A DNA stretch of 59,733 bases, filler included, from Asterionella formosa (taxonomy: Eukaryota), in NCBI GenBank assembly GCA_002256025.1. It is 10 parts of 10 records of this genome, joined end to end, with 100 filler letters (N's around TTAATTAATTAA, not from the genome) between each part and the next. Parts side by side here need not be neighbours in the genome. Positions count along the whole stretch, not along the records: positions 53,859 to 59,733 come from NKIB01012902.1; 9 more parts are not named here. One strand, written 5' to 3'. The notes under the pieces are model-generated. The model made no database searches. It was not told the DNA's origin and saw only the letters and a program-made list of their open reading frames with translations. The position numbers and the translations under genes are program-made. Positions within the stretch are counted from its first letter, which is position 1, and the number at the start of each line of letters is the position of its first letter. Shown piece by piece: positions 58,505-59,733 of this stretch.

Positions 58505-59733
58505 TAAAAGGCATGACCAAATTCATGAAACAACGTTTCGACTTCACTATGGCTCGCTCAACAGTGCAGCATAACCAGTTTGAGGCGCTTACAAGTTGCA
58601 AACAAGTGCCACAACTGGGAGTTGATATTCTTTGGAATTCAAGCCTAATGAACAACCACATCGAATCGCAAAATGTGCTGCGTGACTATACTTTCCAGGC
58701 CTTGGATGAAGATCCAAATACATGGAACCCAAGGGTTTCTCAGTCTCATCACAAAAGACAAACTTCCTGGCCTTGGCTTCAGCGGAAACCGAATGATCCC
58801 ATCGTTCCATCTCGTTCATTTCTTCTTCTCTCATATTAATACCAAAGAGTTTCAGAACCAAAATCTTCATCCCATCAATACATTGAGGTAAAGTCAGGTG
58901 CTCAGCAACAAAACTAGGATCCAGTCCACGGCTTGCCTTGATCATAGTGGTATAAAACGAAATATCCCATGGTTCCAAGGGATCAGTTGTGTTCTCTATC
59001 TTACGCTTGGCATCGGCCAAAAGAGCCATATCCTGCTGGTACAATCCCGAGATTCGATGTTCTAAGTGAGTGAGAAAGGTTTCGACGTTCTTCGGTGTTT
59101 GCGCCATCCTATCACGCAAAGATCGATCAGCGTAGGATTCAAATCCTTGTTTCACAGATACCTCATGTCGTACCTTCCGCAACGACTCCAAAACCTGCAA
59201 ATTCTCTGGACAAGAGGTGGACGTTTCCATATAAATGTGTTTTCTTAGTGTTTGATTGGGAGAATAGCGCAAAAGGGCATTGGAAATGGACGCATCTGTA
59301 CTTAATGTCACTTGAGAAGGAGTTCGTGTCGATGATTGTGGAATGTTGGATTCAATCACATGACGAGATAAAACATCGTCGACCCATTGAGCTTCGACAT
59401 TAAAGTAATGAGTCGAATTAGTAATGTTTTGCTGAAACAACGATTCCAATTGTACCACATGTGACTGCAATTGTTGAACATCAAATCGTTGTTCGATGGA
59501 CAAATGAATCCCATCTCGCTCAAACTCTGCTTTTCACAAGGATGCAAATCGTTGTTGCTCTTCAGATAGAGTAGGAAATACCAGCGAATTGGTCATCATT
59601 ACTAGTGCATTGAAAATGTTGGTATCCGCATTAAGTTGCCCAATATAATCACTTAGGATGGAAAAGGCATGACTGACACTCTCTTGCCATTGAAGTAGGA
59701 CAATGCCTTCTTGTAATATTCCAATGAGGTTGA
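58505..59733 (-). pseudogene. MIPEP: Mitochondrial intermediate peptidase (M3A, MIP/Oct1) pseudogene
   Basis: EFERDGIHL, LEPWDISFY, YLDLHPRPGKYSHAAHFAIRCG, VALVCNL and LFHEFGHA; in-frame TGA 59534-59536, TAA 58589-58591, a GAGC duplication frameshift, and truncation after HEFGH. Confidence 0.88.

Overview
Eukaryotic nuclear DNA, inferred to be from a diatom (probably pennate). The evidence is short GT-AG introns, bipartite signal+'AF' plastid presequences, type-II membrane LRR genes, and Copia/Gypsy/pogo elements. The window is not one locus: it is ten ~5.9-kb contigs in decreasing size order, joined by artificial N44-TTAATTAATTAA-N44 linkers, so adjacency across linkers is meaningless. Apparently intact genes include a sulfotransferase-like protein, a fucosyltransferase-like glycosyltransferase, short-form RNase Z, a secreted CHRD protein, PMS2/MutL, a signal-peptide DnaJ, a TM-LRR protein, a fibrillin-like protein, GCP3, a plastid signal peptidase I with a MATH-like N-terminal extension, and several orphans. 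Broken host-gene copies include a CDK-like kinase cut by a Copia LTR, an inverted LRR paralog, an inverted fragment of the fibrillin-like gene, and a mitochondrial intermediate peptidase pseudogene. Mobile DNA includes three Copia ends with LTRs, a decayed Gypsy pol, pogo/DDE transposase remnants, a 700-bp TTAA-flanked MITE and smaller hairpin elements. The most unexplained signal is dense clusters of overlapping palindromes (GGTACC/ACCGGT/CCWGG) in gene-flanking DNA of most contigs.
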